Source: Bdellovibrionia bacterium (GTDB lineage: Bacteria > Bdellovibrionota > Bdellovibrionia > Bdellovibrionales > JAUICD01). From it: DNA of 64,000 bases. A model generated the notes under the pieces. That model did not search any database and was not told where the DNA came from. It worked only from the letters and a program-made list of their open reading frames with translations. How positions within the stretch are numbered: position 1 is the stretch's first letter; each line of letters starts with the position of its first letter. Location: assembly GCA_030427965.1 (NCBI GenBank), contig JAUICD010000010.1, forward strand, positions 16,854 to 80,853. The letters are read 5' to 3'. Both the position numbers and the translations under genes were made by a program. Shown piece by piece: positions 1 to 9,515 of this stretch.

Positions 1-2
1 TT

Positions 3-218
3 TTGAATCAATTTCCTGTTTCTGTTGTCAGTTTAGAAGATTTAATTGCATTGAAAATTCAAGCCTACGTAAATGATCCGAAAAGAGAATTTCAAGACAA
101 AGCTGATATACTAGCCCTTTTGCAAAACAACCCCGATGCCGATTATGGTATAATTAAAGCTTATGCAGATATGTTTGGGCAGTGGTCAGCAGTAGAGGAT
201 ATAAAAAATAAGCTATGA
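3..218 (+). CDS. Nucleotidyltransferase-like protein (DUF6036/AbiEii-like), C-terminal part, truncated by the window edge
   Basis: VVSLEDLIALK...R..D..D pattern typical of the C-terminus of this nucleotidyltransferase class. Confidence 0.6.
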   Translation: MNQFPVSVVSLEDLIALKIQAYVNDPKREFQDKADILALLQNNPDADYGIIKAYADMFGQWSAVEDIKNKL

Positions 219-319
219 CTTACCCAGAATACATCCGCTTTTTAGAAGAGTTTTTTGAGCTGACTGGTGTCTCAACACGGAAGCCTAGGCTGATTAAGGG
301 AACTCGATTTCTTCTTTGA
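215..319 (+). CDS. Small 34-aa protein (MTYPEYIRFLEEFFELTGVSTRKPRLIKGTRFLL), putative partner of the nucleotidyltransferase
   Basis: ATGA start/stop overlap with the upstream gene; open to TGA at 317-319; below the ORF-track length cutoff. Confidence 0.5.
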   Translation: MTYPEYIRFLEEFFELTGVSTRKPRLIKGTRFLL

Positions 320-382
320 GAAATTGTGGCCTGGTTCGACCTCTTCTGAGGATTCTATTTGTCCAACTTGCTGGCAAAAAAT

Positions 383-459
<77 letters not shown>

Positions 460-481
460 CCAATAGTGTGATCGATTGGGG

Positions 482-510
482 AACTTAGCTGTTTGGTATC
501 AAAGGGTCAA
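482..510 (-). promoter_or_regulatory. Sigma-70-type promoter for tRNA-fMet
   Basis: TTGACC-N17-TAAGTT on the minus strand just upstream of the tRNA. Confidence 0.6.
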
Positions 511-577
511 CACTCAGCTTGTAAGTATCGTATTTTTAAGCATTTAATGCGTGGCATTCAGTTGATTGAGGGCTGAA

Positions 578-904
578 TCAGCCTTGTCTGAACCGATTTA
601 AGTACTCTTCAAGCTCAGTAAGGCATTTACTCAAGCCTGTGTGGTCGCCACTTTCAATATGCTTTCGAATTTGGACCGCAATATCAGTGATCTCCTGAAA
701 ACCGTAGGCTGCGCCATTTCCCTTGAGTTTGTGGGCTAGGCGATCTGCTTCAACGAGGTCCTTTTCTTGGACAAGTTTTTTTAGTTGATCCAAATCATAG
801 AACCTTCGAACCAAGAAAGAGGGAAGGAAATCTCTCAACTCTTCTTCAACTTGAATGTTTTTTAGCTCAGAGATATTCACATTGGATTCGCTGTAGTTGC
901 TCAT
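578..904 (-). CDS. Stand-alone Hpt (histidine phosphotransfer) protein
   Basis: AHKLKGNGAAYG Hpt motif; 108 aa, helical; GGAGG RBS. Confidence 0.9.
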   Translation of the reverse strand: MSNYSESNVNISELKNIQVEEELRDFLPSFLVRRFYDLDQLKKLVQEKDLVEADRLAHKLKGNGAAYGFQEITDIAVQIRKHIESGDHTGLSKCLTELEEYLNRFRQG

Positions 905-1096
905 AACTCTATACCTCCACTAAGAGAGTCAATTCTACTGAGGTTCGACTCTATATGTCTATTATCGGCTGAAATTCGTCCTAATATCGTTGAAAGATTA
1001 TTGGGAATTCACAACAATTGCTAAAATAGGGCAATTCCTATTGGTTACTTAGTAAAAATACCCGAGAATGGAAACTAGGAATAACCAGGAGCTACT

Positions 1097-1780
1097 GTGA
1101 AAGCACTTGTCGTAGATGATTGTATTGATACAAGACTGAAGGTGAAAAGTGCGCTTTCCCCGTATGTTGTATTTGAGGCGGAAAATCTTTCTTGCGCAAG
1201 GGGCATTTTAAAAGACACCCCAGACTTAGATATTATAATTTTAGATGTTGGTCTTCCTGACGGAAGTGGGATCGACTTTTGTGAGGAACTTGCTATTTCT
1301 TCGGTTCTTGAGAGAACACCGCTTTTGATTATTTCTGGGCATGATCAATTGGGGGATCGACTGGCGGGGCTGCACGCAGGAGCAGATGACTATCTCACAA
1401 AGCCCTTTCACTCCAGTGAGCTTCGCGCTCGAGTTGAAGCTGTTTTAAGAAGATACAGTCCCAAAAATGATGACATACGAATTGATGAATTTGTGATTGA
1501 ACCAAGTAAGTTGAAGGTGACAAAAATTGTAGGTGGTCAAAGCCAAGAGTTGGTTTTGACGCCAACAGAGTTTAAACTTTTTTATACTCTTATACGTCAT
1601 CCTGAACAGGTTTTCACGCGAGAAGAGCTTGTAAAACACATATGGTCTATTGGCATTAGTATTGAGAGTCGGGGAATAGATAGTCACATCTGTCACCTTC
1701 GTAGTAAATTGGGATCTGATGGATCAAAAGTTCAATCTGTCTACGGAAAAGGATACAAATACGCATCTAAGCACGATTAG
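1097..1780 (+). CDS. OmpR/PhoB-family response regulator
   Basis: REC domain (VVDD, LDVGLPDGSG, GADDYLTKPF) plus winged helix (LTPTEF, HICHLRSKL, VYGKGY); AGGAG RBS, GTG start. Confidence 0.93.
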   Translation: MKALVVDDCIDTRLKVKSALSPYVVFEAENLSCARGILKDTPDLDIIILDVGLPDGSGIDFCEELAISSVLERTPLLIISGHDQLGDRLAGLHAGADDYLTKPFHSSELRARVEAVLRRYSPKNDDIRIDEFVIEPSKLKVTKIVGGQSQELVLTPTEFKLFYTLIRHPEQVFTREELVKHIWSIGISIESRGIDSHICHLRSKLGSDGSKVQSVYGKGYKYASKHD

Positions 1781-1789
1781 GAGAGTTTT

Positions 1790-2155
1790 ATGGAAAACTT
1801 TATGCCTCACGGGCACTGTTATCTTTGGCGTCCAGATATTCTTTGGCTTCACATTATTTCAGATGTGATTATTGCAACAGCATATTTTGTTATCCCCATT
1901 GGTTTATTCATTATCTTTAGAAGTTTAAAAGACAATTCAGCTAGATGGTCTTTTGTGATGTTTGGACTTTTTATTGTTTTTTGCGGACTGACTCATTTGT
2001 TTTCAATAGTCACTATTTGGAAGCCATACTATCTTGCAGAAGGAATTTTAAAAGCTGCAACAGCTGCAATTTCTATTGCAACAGCATTCCTTTTTGCCCC
2101 CGTTGTCTTTGCCTTCGTGCGAAACCAAAGAGATAAGGAGAATTCAAATAGTTAA
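1790..2155 (+). CDS. Stand-alone ethylene-receptor-like (ETR1 N-terminal) three-TM sensor-domain protein
   Basis: MPHGHCYLW leader; SDxxIAxAYFxIP and FIVFCGLTH motifs match the ETR1 D25/Y32/I35/P36/C65/H69 positions; 3 TM helices; AGGAG RBS. Confidence 0.85.
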   Translation: MENFMPHGHCYLWRPDILWLHIISDVIIATAYFVIPIGLFIIFRSLKDNSARWSFVMFGLFIVFCGLTHLFSIVTIWKPYYLAEGILKAATAAISIATAFLFAPVVFAFVRNQRDKENSNS

Positions 2156-4673
2156 AAGACTGAGTGACATTCTAGATTGGGCTCAAAGAGGACTTGCCTT
2201 AAAAGAGTATCTCATGCTCACCACAATTTTTGGATGTGGTGTTTTTCTATCTACACTATTCTTTTATGCGAGTTTAAATAAATACGCCAATGACCAAAAA
2301 CAAAGAGATGTTTCCAGTGTTAAGCAGTATTTGAATCAAATCAATTCATTCAATTCAAAACATAAATTGGGCTTAAAACATATAGCAAATTCATCAATCT
2401 ATTTGATTGATTCTACCAATGCCCCTCTTACACACATGATGGAGCGATTTTTAGAAGACTCTAAATTCAAAACTCTTTCTATTCTGAAAGTTAAAGAAAA
2501 TGGCAATGACTTCAAAGTCCAAGTACTAAAGAACGAAGGTGATAAAAAATATTTTTCAAGATTTTCATTTGAGCACCTATTCAGTCGATATTTCAAAGCA
2601 AATGAGGCGACGTTAAGGCCTCATTCTTTTTTTATCGACTCAACTGACAGTAAGCGAGTGGCTCTTGCTATCGTGGTGCCCGATAGGGGGCGACGCAATA
2701 CCTTCTATTTGGGATTGATAGAGCTCCGTGGTATTTTTGAGGGTATCAGAATTGAAAAATCTATACACGTGGTCGTTTCAACTAAGCTGGGCCGAAAGTT
2801 TATTGTTCGTGCAAGAGTTGGGACAGAACATATTTCTTATGAATTACTTGATGGGAAGAGCCTGATTAAACTTCATGATTTAGGTGTTCCCAATGTGTCG
2901 ACAGATTTAGAAGCTATCCGGTTTTATAGTTTGGATTTTGAACACGTGGGATGGCCTTGGTTTATCTTGCTAGGCAGTCTTTTGATAACACTTATCCTAA
3001 CAATTTGGCTGATGGGTGTGTTGAGACGTGGTGTGGAAGTTCGAGAGATGGTAAAGATTCGAACTCGTGAGCTGGAGTTGGAAACTGAGCGAGCAGAAAG
3101 GGCGAATTCTTCTAAAACGAGATTTCTTGCAAATATGAGCCACGAAATCCGTACGCCCCTAAATATTATTTTGGGTATGGCTGAAATTCTAAATGAATCT
3201 GAATTGAATGAAATTCAAAGGGGAAACCTTAAAACAATTTCTCGTTCTTCATATCACCTTTTGAGTTTGATTGAAGATATTCTTGAGGTAAACCGTATTG
3301 AGGCAAGTGGTGATTTAAAGTGTGAGTATGAAGAGTTCAATTTAAAGAAAGTTGTAAATGAAATTGTGCGATTCACAGCAGCTCCCATACGTTCGAAAAA
3401 AGTAAAGTTTCACTATTATATGGATCCAGAACTTCCACGACTTATCAATGGAGATGCAAGACGTCTTAAGCAAGTTATTTTAAATCTCATCAACAATTCC
3501 TTGAAGTTTACAGATGCGGGCTCGATTGAACTTGAGATTCGACTTGGAGATGAGGGGGAACCAAGTTCTCAGTTAAAGATTCTTGTAAGGGACACTGGGA
3601 TTGGCATTAAAAAAGAAGAGCAACAGCGTATATTTGATAGTTTTGTACAGGTGGATCCTTCTTCTACGCGGAGTAAAGGTGGCGCGGGATTGGGACTATC
3701 AATCGTAAAGACCTATGTGGAAAGTATGGGTGGAGAGATTCAAGTTGTCTCTGAACGAAATGTGGGAACGAAATTTACAGTGACAATTCCATTTACATAC
3801 TCGGATGACAGAAGATCTTGGGTGGAGTTTTTTAATCTAAGAGATGATTTACTTGGAAAGAAAATTTTTGTCATGTGTGAGAGCCAGTTGGAGTTTGATA
3901 ACATCGCAGGTCCTTTGAAACACTTTGGTGCTGAAGTCACTCACTGTAAAACTGGACGAGAGTTGGCTGGAGATATAGAAAATATTTTTTCTATATATGA
4001 TTACTTTGTTCTAGACTCAACCATGAGTGATCTTGGAGCGCTGGAAATTCTTGGGCTAAATAAAAATAGGATTAAAAAGAAAAACCGTATTGTGGTCATG
4101 TTGCATCAGAGGTACCGCAAGGGAGATATCGCTGCTCTTGAGATCTTAGGTATAGAAAGGGTTTGTTTTAAACCACTTATTTTCAATGAGTTTTTTAAGG
4201 CACTGAAATTCAATGAAAAATTTTTGGTATCACGACCTGAACGTTCAGGAGAACATGTTGCTGATGTGATACCCTTTTCGGTTCCAGTGCTTATTGCAGA
4301 AGACGACCCAGACAATCGTATGCTTATAGAAACTTTTTTAAAACCAATGAAACTCAATTTGGTTTTTGCTGTGGACGGTGAAGATGCTCTTCAAAAATTT
4401 CTGGAGTTTGAACCACAAATTGTAATTACTGATATTCAAATGCCCAAAATGGATGGATTCGGATTTTTAAAAGAGGCTAAAAAGTACCTGCATTCGATGA
4501 GTTTAGATGAGCATTGCTACTTTATGGTTTTAACAGCAGATGCAATGCCAGAACAAATTCAAGAAGCAAAACGCCTAGGAGCTGAAGAGTATTTAACAAA
4601 ACCTATCCGTAAACATGATTTTATAAACAAAGTCATCAAGGCCTATGAGACCTTGATGACCAGAAACCCTTAG
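2148..4673 (+). CDS. Hybrid sensor histidine kinase (TM-periplasmic-TM, HisKA, HATPase, degenerate REC, REC)
   Basis: FLANMSHEIRTPLN H-box, NLINNSLKFT N-box, DTGIGI, GAGLGLSI, C-terminal AEDD/TDIQMP/KP; start uncertain (ATA 2148 with AAGGAG RBS, TTG 2076 or ATG 2214). Confidence 0.9.
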   Translation: MVKRLSDILDWAQRGLALKEYLMLTTIFGCGVFLSTLFFYASLNKYANDQKQRDVSSVKQYLNQINSFNSKHKLGLKHIANSSIYLIDSTNAPLTHMMERFLEDSKFKTLSILKVKENGNDFKVQVLKNEGDKKYFSRFSFEHLFSRYFKANEATLRPHSFFIDSTDSKRVALAIVVPDRGRRNTFYLGLIELRGIFEGIRIEKSIHVVVSTKLGRKFIVRARVGTEHISYELLDGKSLIKLHDLGVPNVSTDLEAIRFYSLDFEHVGWPWFILLGSLLITLILTIWLMGVLRRGVEVREMVKIRTRELELETERAERANSSKTRFLANMSHEIRTPLNIILGMAEILNESELNEIQRGNLKTISRSSYHLLSLIEDILEVNRIEASGDLKCEYEEFNLKKVVNEIVRFTAAPIRSKKVKFHYYMDPELPRLINGDARRLKQVILNLINNSLKFTDAGSIELEIRLGDEGEPSSQLKILVRDTGIGIKKEEQQRIFDSFVQVDPSSTRSKGGAGLGLSIVKTYVESMGGEIQVVSERNVGTKFTVTIPFTYSDDRRSWVEFFNLRDDLLGKKIFVMCESQLEFDNIAGPLKHFGAEVTHCKTGRELAGDIENIFSIYDYFVLDSTMSDLGALEILGLNKNRIKKKNRIVVMLHQRYRKGDIAALEILGIERVCFKPLIFNEFFKALKFNEKFLVSRPERSGEHVADVIPFSVPVLIAEDDPDNRMLIETFLKPMKLNLVFAVDGEDALQKFLEFEPQIVITDIQMPKMDGFGFLKEAKKYLHSMSLDEHCYFMVLTADAMPEQIQEAKRLGAEEYLTKPIRKHDFINKVIKAYETLMTRNP

Positions 4674-4696
4674 ATACCCCGACTACAGACAACTTC

Positions 4697-5299
4697 TTAA
4701 CTTGCAATAAGCTTAAGTGACCTTGATTGGATCTCGCCATAGCCCATGGGTTTTTGCCAGTGACCATCATAGACAAAGTGAGAATTTTCTTTAAGCCGAA
4801 TCTCACTTCGTTTGGCGCTACTAAAAGTGATCAAGTTGAAAGCTTTGTTTTCAAACTGGCTTTTTAAAACATCTGTTGCTTCCACAGTTTGGTGAAAATC
4901 ATCTAAGACCTCTTGGCCAATATGGTTCTCATTGAGGAACCAATCTAAGATGACAGTATCGTACTCTTTTAGGGTCAACTGTTTTGCTGCATCGTAAACA
5001 TTTTCTACAGTTTCAACTTCACAGCCAATATTTCTTAAAGCAGTTGAAACAAGTTGAGCTGTATCAAAGTCGTCCTCAACAACAAGTACACGCGCTTGTT
5101 TTGAGCTTCTTTTGGCTTTGACATTGCTGTAGGAAGTAAACCCCCCAACAACATGAATGAAAAGCCCAATTATAACTGCAGCAAAAAGAGGAACGATCAA
5201 GAGTGCGATAAAGACTGGGGCAAGGAAAGCTAGGCCAAGTCCCCATATGGATGCCACACAGAAAATCGCTATTGGTAGAATTAGGTGATTCGTTTTCAT
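4697..5299 (-). CDS. Membrane-anchored receiver-domain protein
   Basis: N-terminal hydrophobic hairpin then REC (VVEDD, ILDW, QKP); no output domain; AAGGAG RBS before ATG 5299. Confidence 0.8.
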   Translation of the reverse strand: MKTNHLILPIAIFCVASIWGLGLAFLAPVFIALLIVPLFAAVIIGLFIHVVGGFTSYSNVKAKRSSKQARVLVVEDDFDTAQLVSTALRNIGCEVETVENVYDAAKQLTLKEYDTVILDWFLNENHIGQEVLDDFHQTVEATDVLKSQFENKAFNLITFSSAKRSEIRLKENSHFVYDGHWQKPMGYGEIQSRSLKLIAS

Positions 5300-5483
5300 G
5301 TTGTTCTCCTTTTTCAATTGTATTTCATTGTCGTCGATTTTTTTTGAAAGCTGTGTTGAGACTATGTTGTGAAATCTCTATATTTAAAATACATAAGAGA
5401 TATTATGTATATAGGGCGAGCTGGAACGCGATTGGTCGAGCCCTAGGTCTGTGTCGGATTGAAAAGAAAATTTAGAATGTACC

Positions 5484-7094
5484 CTAAATTTGTCGAGCAA
5501 GCTCAATCAATGGTGTAACAGAGTTCCCACTAACTTGAACTATAGAGGGTCGGGCAGTGACTGGAGATGGAGCATTTAAAAGAGCTGCGATCGTTGCTCC
5601 ATAGTGTCCAATATCAAGAGGTATATTTCCGCCAACAGGAGCCCCATATCCCCAAGAGCCAGAGTGTCCGCCATCAGGCGAGTCACTGAAAACGTTTCCA
5701 AGAACAATAGGACCATTTATAATGCCTGAATAGATCGCACAACTTGCGCCCTGCCACCCATGATCGGATCCTGTTCCATTATTCTTTGGAGAACGATTGA
5801 ATTCCCCTCCTACGTCAATAACTGTATCTTGGAAAAGACCATTGTTCTTTAGTTGCTGTATCAACTCATAAAGACAGGAGCTGAGTGCGCGATAGTACAT
5901 AACATTAATTATAAGACTCGGCATTCGCCCAACATTGTGTTCATCTGGAGCTTGATTGGCGTTTCCACCTACGGCAGCAAGTCCTGAAATAAATCTTGGT
6001 GAAATTGTAACGGATTCGCTTAAATTATTGGCGATAACATATTCTGCTACTGCAAAATGTTCAGCCATTCGTTCAATGTTTTGTGTTCCGTTAAAAAGAG
6101 TTCTCAAATCACTGTTTTGTATAATGCGCCCATTGATTTGATACTGATTACCACGTGCCCCATCGTTTCCGATTCTTTGATCTGTGATTCCAGGGATACT
6201 GACTGATATGTCGAGCGATCTTGCAATAAGATTGCGATACTTGTTTCGTAGTTGATTCCAAATAGCATTGAGGTCTCCAAAAGATGTATTGATCAACTCT
6301 TCGGCGTCTTTTTGGCTATTTGCGATAATTTCAGATGCAGGGTGCTTTGATTTTGCAAGGTTGTTGAGCGCATTTGTTGCGGCATCAACAGAACCTTTTA
6401 TTGAACCCAGCTTTTGTTTGTAATCACTTGAAGCGCCACTCAAGAATGGATTGAGTAAGTTTTGAATCATATTTCCATTTGATGGAAGAAATACAGAAGA
6501 GTACCCTGATTTTGAAAGAAACTGATAATTGCTCGAATTAACATTTAGAGCTTTGATAGGTGCATCAGAACCATCGGAGGTAAGAGCTGTAACACTTCGC
6601 TTGGCACCTAAAGGGCGCATGTGAAGGGCTTGTGCTCCAGGATGTCCAGGGTTTAATGCATTGATACCGCGAATATGTAAGAGATTGTCCAAAAGGTTGA
6701 CCATAGGAACTTGTCCGCCAGGTGTTGGAATATTGCTCCCCCACATGACAGGGACTTGTATACCTTTTCTTTGAATGGTTTCGTATCTTACTTTGTTATT
6801 GCCATCATATCGTGTCCCCAATTGCCCATTTGAAATAAACCCTGCCGTTGAATAAGGAGTCAGAAAGAGGTCATACATCCATCGAGCGGGCGCTCCACTT
6901 TGTTGGATATAGATGAACTTTCTTGCGTTATAGCCTGTGGACTGAGCCATCGCGCGGTTGAACAATCCATTTATTAAGCTTTCAAATAAAATTGCGGCGG
7001 CACTCCCTGAGATAGCAGCTGTTCCAGAAGAGAGCCCCATTGCTTTGAGGATATCTCTTCTATCAAATCCACGTTTCTTTTGTGAGTGAGACAT
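5484..7094 (-). CDS. DUF1501-family Tat-exported protein
   Basis: DRRDILK twin-arginine signal; C-terminal GEFNRSP...GSDH motif. Confidence 0.8.
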   Translation of the reverse strand: MSHSQKKRGFDRRDILKAMGLSSGTAAISGSAAAILFESLINGLFNRAMAQSTGYNARKFIYIQQSGAPARWMYDLFLTPYSTAGFISNGQLGTRYDGNNKVRYETIQRKGIQVPVMWGSNIPTPGGQVPMVNLLDNLLHIRGINALNPGHPGAQALHMRPLGAKRSVTALTSDGSDAPIKALNVNSSNYQFLSKSGYSSVFLPSNGNMIQNLLNPFLSGASSDYKQKLGSIKGSVDAATNALNNLAKSKHPASEIIANSQKDAEELINTSFGDLNAIWNQLRNKYRNLIARSLDISVSIPGITDQRIGNDGARGNQYQINGRIIQNSDLRTLFNGTQNIERMAEHFAVAEYVIANNLSESVTISPRFISGLAAVGGNANQAPDEHNVGRMPSLIINVMYYRALSSCLYELIQQLKNNGLFQDTVIDVGGEFNRSPKNNGTGSDHGWQGASCAIYSGIINGPIVLGNVFSDSPDGGHSGSWGYGAPVGGNIPLDIGHYGATIAALLNAPSPVTARPSIVQVSGNSVTPLIELARQI

Positions 7095-7106
7095 TTGCTT
7101 CTCCTA

Positions 7107-8501
7107 TTACCTAGTGTAATTACTATTTCTATACTCAGGCAAATTCATTATCTCTTGAATCATGGTGCGAAGAGTTTGATGGTTTTGAAGTCGTAAACCA
7201 AGTGTAACAACATTTTGTCGATGTAAGGCTTCAGTTGGATTCATTTGAATCTTATTGCCAGGGTCGTTGAGATCTCCAATATTAACATCCACTCCAAGAA
7301 AATATTTGTAATATTTTTTGGCAGCACAGATGTACAAATCGGGTTGAGTTGCGAGCTTGTTTCCAAGATCTTGTACGGAGGTCACATTGATATCAATGAG
7401 GTTTCCGTTGTGATTTCTGTAGTAGAGAACGCCATTGGTTGGACGCTTCCAATAGTTGTTGTCAATGTTAGCTGGCCACGAGCTTTCAGGGCCCAAAGTT
7501 GGAGCTGGCCACCCGATAAAAGTTGCGGACTCAGGACGATTCCCGGTGCCTGAGTTGCCAATGGTTGTGTATCGCACATTTCGGTTTGCTGCTGCCATTC
7601 TGTCCATAGAGGCATGGCAAGAGGTGCAAGACGAGGTTTTTCGAAATTCAATTCCAGCATTTCCGTTTACAAATGGTTCAGCATCAGAGTTTCGGACAAC
7701 TGGGAGTTCTCGGCAAAGCATGTCGTTGAAAACTGCACGGGCCCACTTTCTCGGCATATTGAGGCTATTGGCTCTAAAGTTGTCATTCTCGTTGAGGCTC
7801 ATCAGATTGTAAACAGTTGTTCCGAGAAGGCCTCCTCCCACAGTTCGACCACGTTGAACAACTCCTCCACCGTTGAAGTTGTGGGTTAAGTTGTTTTCTG
7901 CAGCAGTCATTGGCCGTACTCCTAAGAGATCGCCTTTTGCGGCAAAATTGAAGTTTGTAAAAATATAATCTGATTCGGGTAGATTCGATGCAGGTCCTCG
8001 ATTGGGACTCATGTTTGTTCGAATTGGAACCAGAGTCTTGTTGTCAGTCACAACTGTTGAATAGTTGTGGTTGGTTCGAAAGAGAGCACGGGTTAAGTAA
8101 AGTGCTGGTGTTGTAATATCATAAAGGTCTTGAGTTCCTCGGTGATGTCTTATGTTATTGATAACTGGAATATCTTTATTCTCAAAAAAACTGAAGTGCA
8201 AGTTGTGCATTGTCCTTAAAACCTGTTTTGCAACCCGGTCGTTGGCGTTTCCGATACGATTGTCATTTGATGTGAATCGTGCGCGATTTAAAACTTGAAG
8301 ACACGCATCTATAGGATTGGTTGTGCCATTCTCGACAGCCTGAGTAAGTGGAGCATTGTAATCGGGGCGTTCTTGGGTCAGATGTGCGTAACAACGGTAG
8401 TACAAAGAGAGATTGTTCAGTGGTGTAGCAGAGCCAATGTTTGGCAATATTATGATCAAAGCAACAAGAATTGTTTTGCTGTATTTCATCATCTTATGCA
8501 T
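7107..8501 (-). CDS. Secreted CxxCH protein of the DUF1585/DUF1588-like (PSCyt-associated) type
   Basis: Signal peptide; CTSCHASMD heme-binding-like motif; C-terminal DLG..LA....YICAAKKYY. Confidence 0.65.
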   Translation of the reverse strand: MHKMMKYSKTILVALIIILPNIGSATPLNNLSLYYRCYAHLTQERPDYNAPLTQAVENGTTNPIDACLQVLNRARFTSNDNRIGNANDRVAKQVLRTMHNLHFSFFENKDIPVINNIRHHRGTQDLYDITTPALYLTRALFRTNHNYSTVVTDNKTLVPIRTNMSPNRGPASNLPESDYIFTNFNFAAKGDLLGVRPMTAAENNLTHNFNGGGVVQRGRTVGGGLLGTTVYNLMSLNENDNFRANSLNMPRKWARAVFNDMLCRELPVVRNSDAEPFVNGNAGIEFRKTSSCTSCHASMDRMAAANRNVRYTTIGNSGTGNRPESATFIGWPAPTLGPESSWPANIDNNYWKRPTNGVLYYRNHNGNLIDINVTSVQDLGNKLATQPDLYICAAKKYYKYFLGVDVNIGDLNDPGNKIQMNPTEALHRQNVVTLGLRLQNHQTLRTMIQEIMNLPEYRNSNYTR

Positions 8502-8505
8502 CCCC

Positions 8506-9489
8506 TCAAAAAATATCCAAAAGCGAAGACTTACACATTGATGTCATGACAAATCTCCACTGATCCAATCCGTTCATAGCTTTTGCTTGAGCCGCGCTTG
8601 CCACACCAATAAGTGCGTTGACTGAAGCACTGTTTAAGGCAACTCCAGGAAAGAAAACAGTGGCCAACTGCTGCACATTGTTGGCATTTCTTCCTGAGCT
8701 CTGCGCAAGCCCTACTTTTGCTAGAACTGTTACAACTGATCGGTTGATTGAGAGTATTTCCTCACAAGAAATTGAGGTGTATCCCTTCCGAGTGGTATCT
8801 CCAAGAGGGTTAACCCCGGCTGCGACAGTAACAACATGAGTGTCTCTGTTTCCTGGACAATCGTCCTCATATCTTGAACATGGTCCCCCCAATGCTCCCG
8901 GTTGGTTGAGGATATTTTGGGTTATTATGTTCAAAGCGGTATTGTCGACGTTATTTGGATCAATAAAGATATCTTGGAAGCTACTGCTTGCGTGTGTGCG
9001 AGTTCCTATAGTGGCTTTGACTTCAAAATTTGCTTCAGCCATAACATCAACTCTCAAGAAATCTGATATCGCCTGTCTCTGAGTCTGTGAGAGAAAACTC
9101 AAGCCTCTCATTCCAGAGACGTTGGATATTCCATTGTTGATTGAAGCAAGACTTGCATTGGTTTTTTGTGAACCTGGATTTGGATGAGATAAATGGCAGC
9201 TTGCGCAGTGAAGGCTGTAGAGAGCTTCGCCATTTGGGATTCCAGGAAGAGTCGTTGTTGTTGTCACAGTGGTTGTGGTGATGGTCGTTGTCGTTGTATT
9301 GCCACGGAGAGTGGTTGTTGTCACAGTGGTTGTTGTGGTGGCTTGATCCGGAAGTGTTATAGATGTAATGGAGCTACCCTCAGAGGAAAGTTCTTCTACA
9401 ACCAGGGCTGGTTTAAAGCTTTTACCACATCCTATAAAAGCTAGTGGGAGTGATACTAGAAAAGCAAAATGTTGAATTTTGTTTCTCAT
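8506..9489 (-). CDS. Cytochrome c-domain lipoprotein with Thr-rich linker
   Basis: Lipobox FIGC; GEALYSLHCASCH with downstream Met (SGM); poly-Thr linker; GAGGGG RBS before ATG 9489. Confidence 0.8.
   Translation of the reverse strand: MRNKIQHFAFLVSLPLAFIGCGKSFKPALVVEELSSEGSSITSITLPDQATTTTTVTTTTLRGNTTTTTITTTTVTTTTTLPGIPNGEALYSLHCASCHLSHPNPGSQKTNASLASINNGISNVSGMRGLSFLSQTQRQAISDFLRVDVMAEANFEVKATIGTRTHASSSFQDIFIDPNNVDNTALNIITQNILNQPGALGGPCSRYEDDCPGNRDTHVVTVAAGVNPLGDTTRKGYTSISCEEILSINRSVVTVLAKVGLAQSSGRNANNVQQLATVFFPGVALNSASVNALIGVASAAQAKAMNGLDQWRFVMTSMCKSSLLDIF
9257..9333. repeat. 20-bp direct repeat (57-nt period) in the Thr-rich linker
   Basis: GTTGTTGTCACAGTGGTTGT at 9257-9276 and 9314-9333. 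Confidence 0.8.
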
Positions 9490-9515
9490 TTTGTGCCCCC
9501 TCAATGTACTTAAAT

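Noticed and set aside
1790-4673. EBD and kinase as one frameshifted gene
   Set aside because: The kinase has its own SD and a complete TM-periplasmic-TM sensor, and the EBD ends with a natural-looking hydrophilic tail
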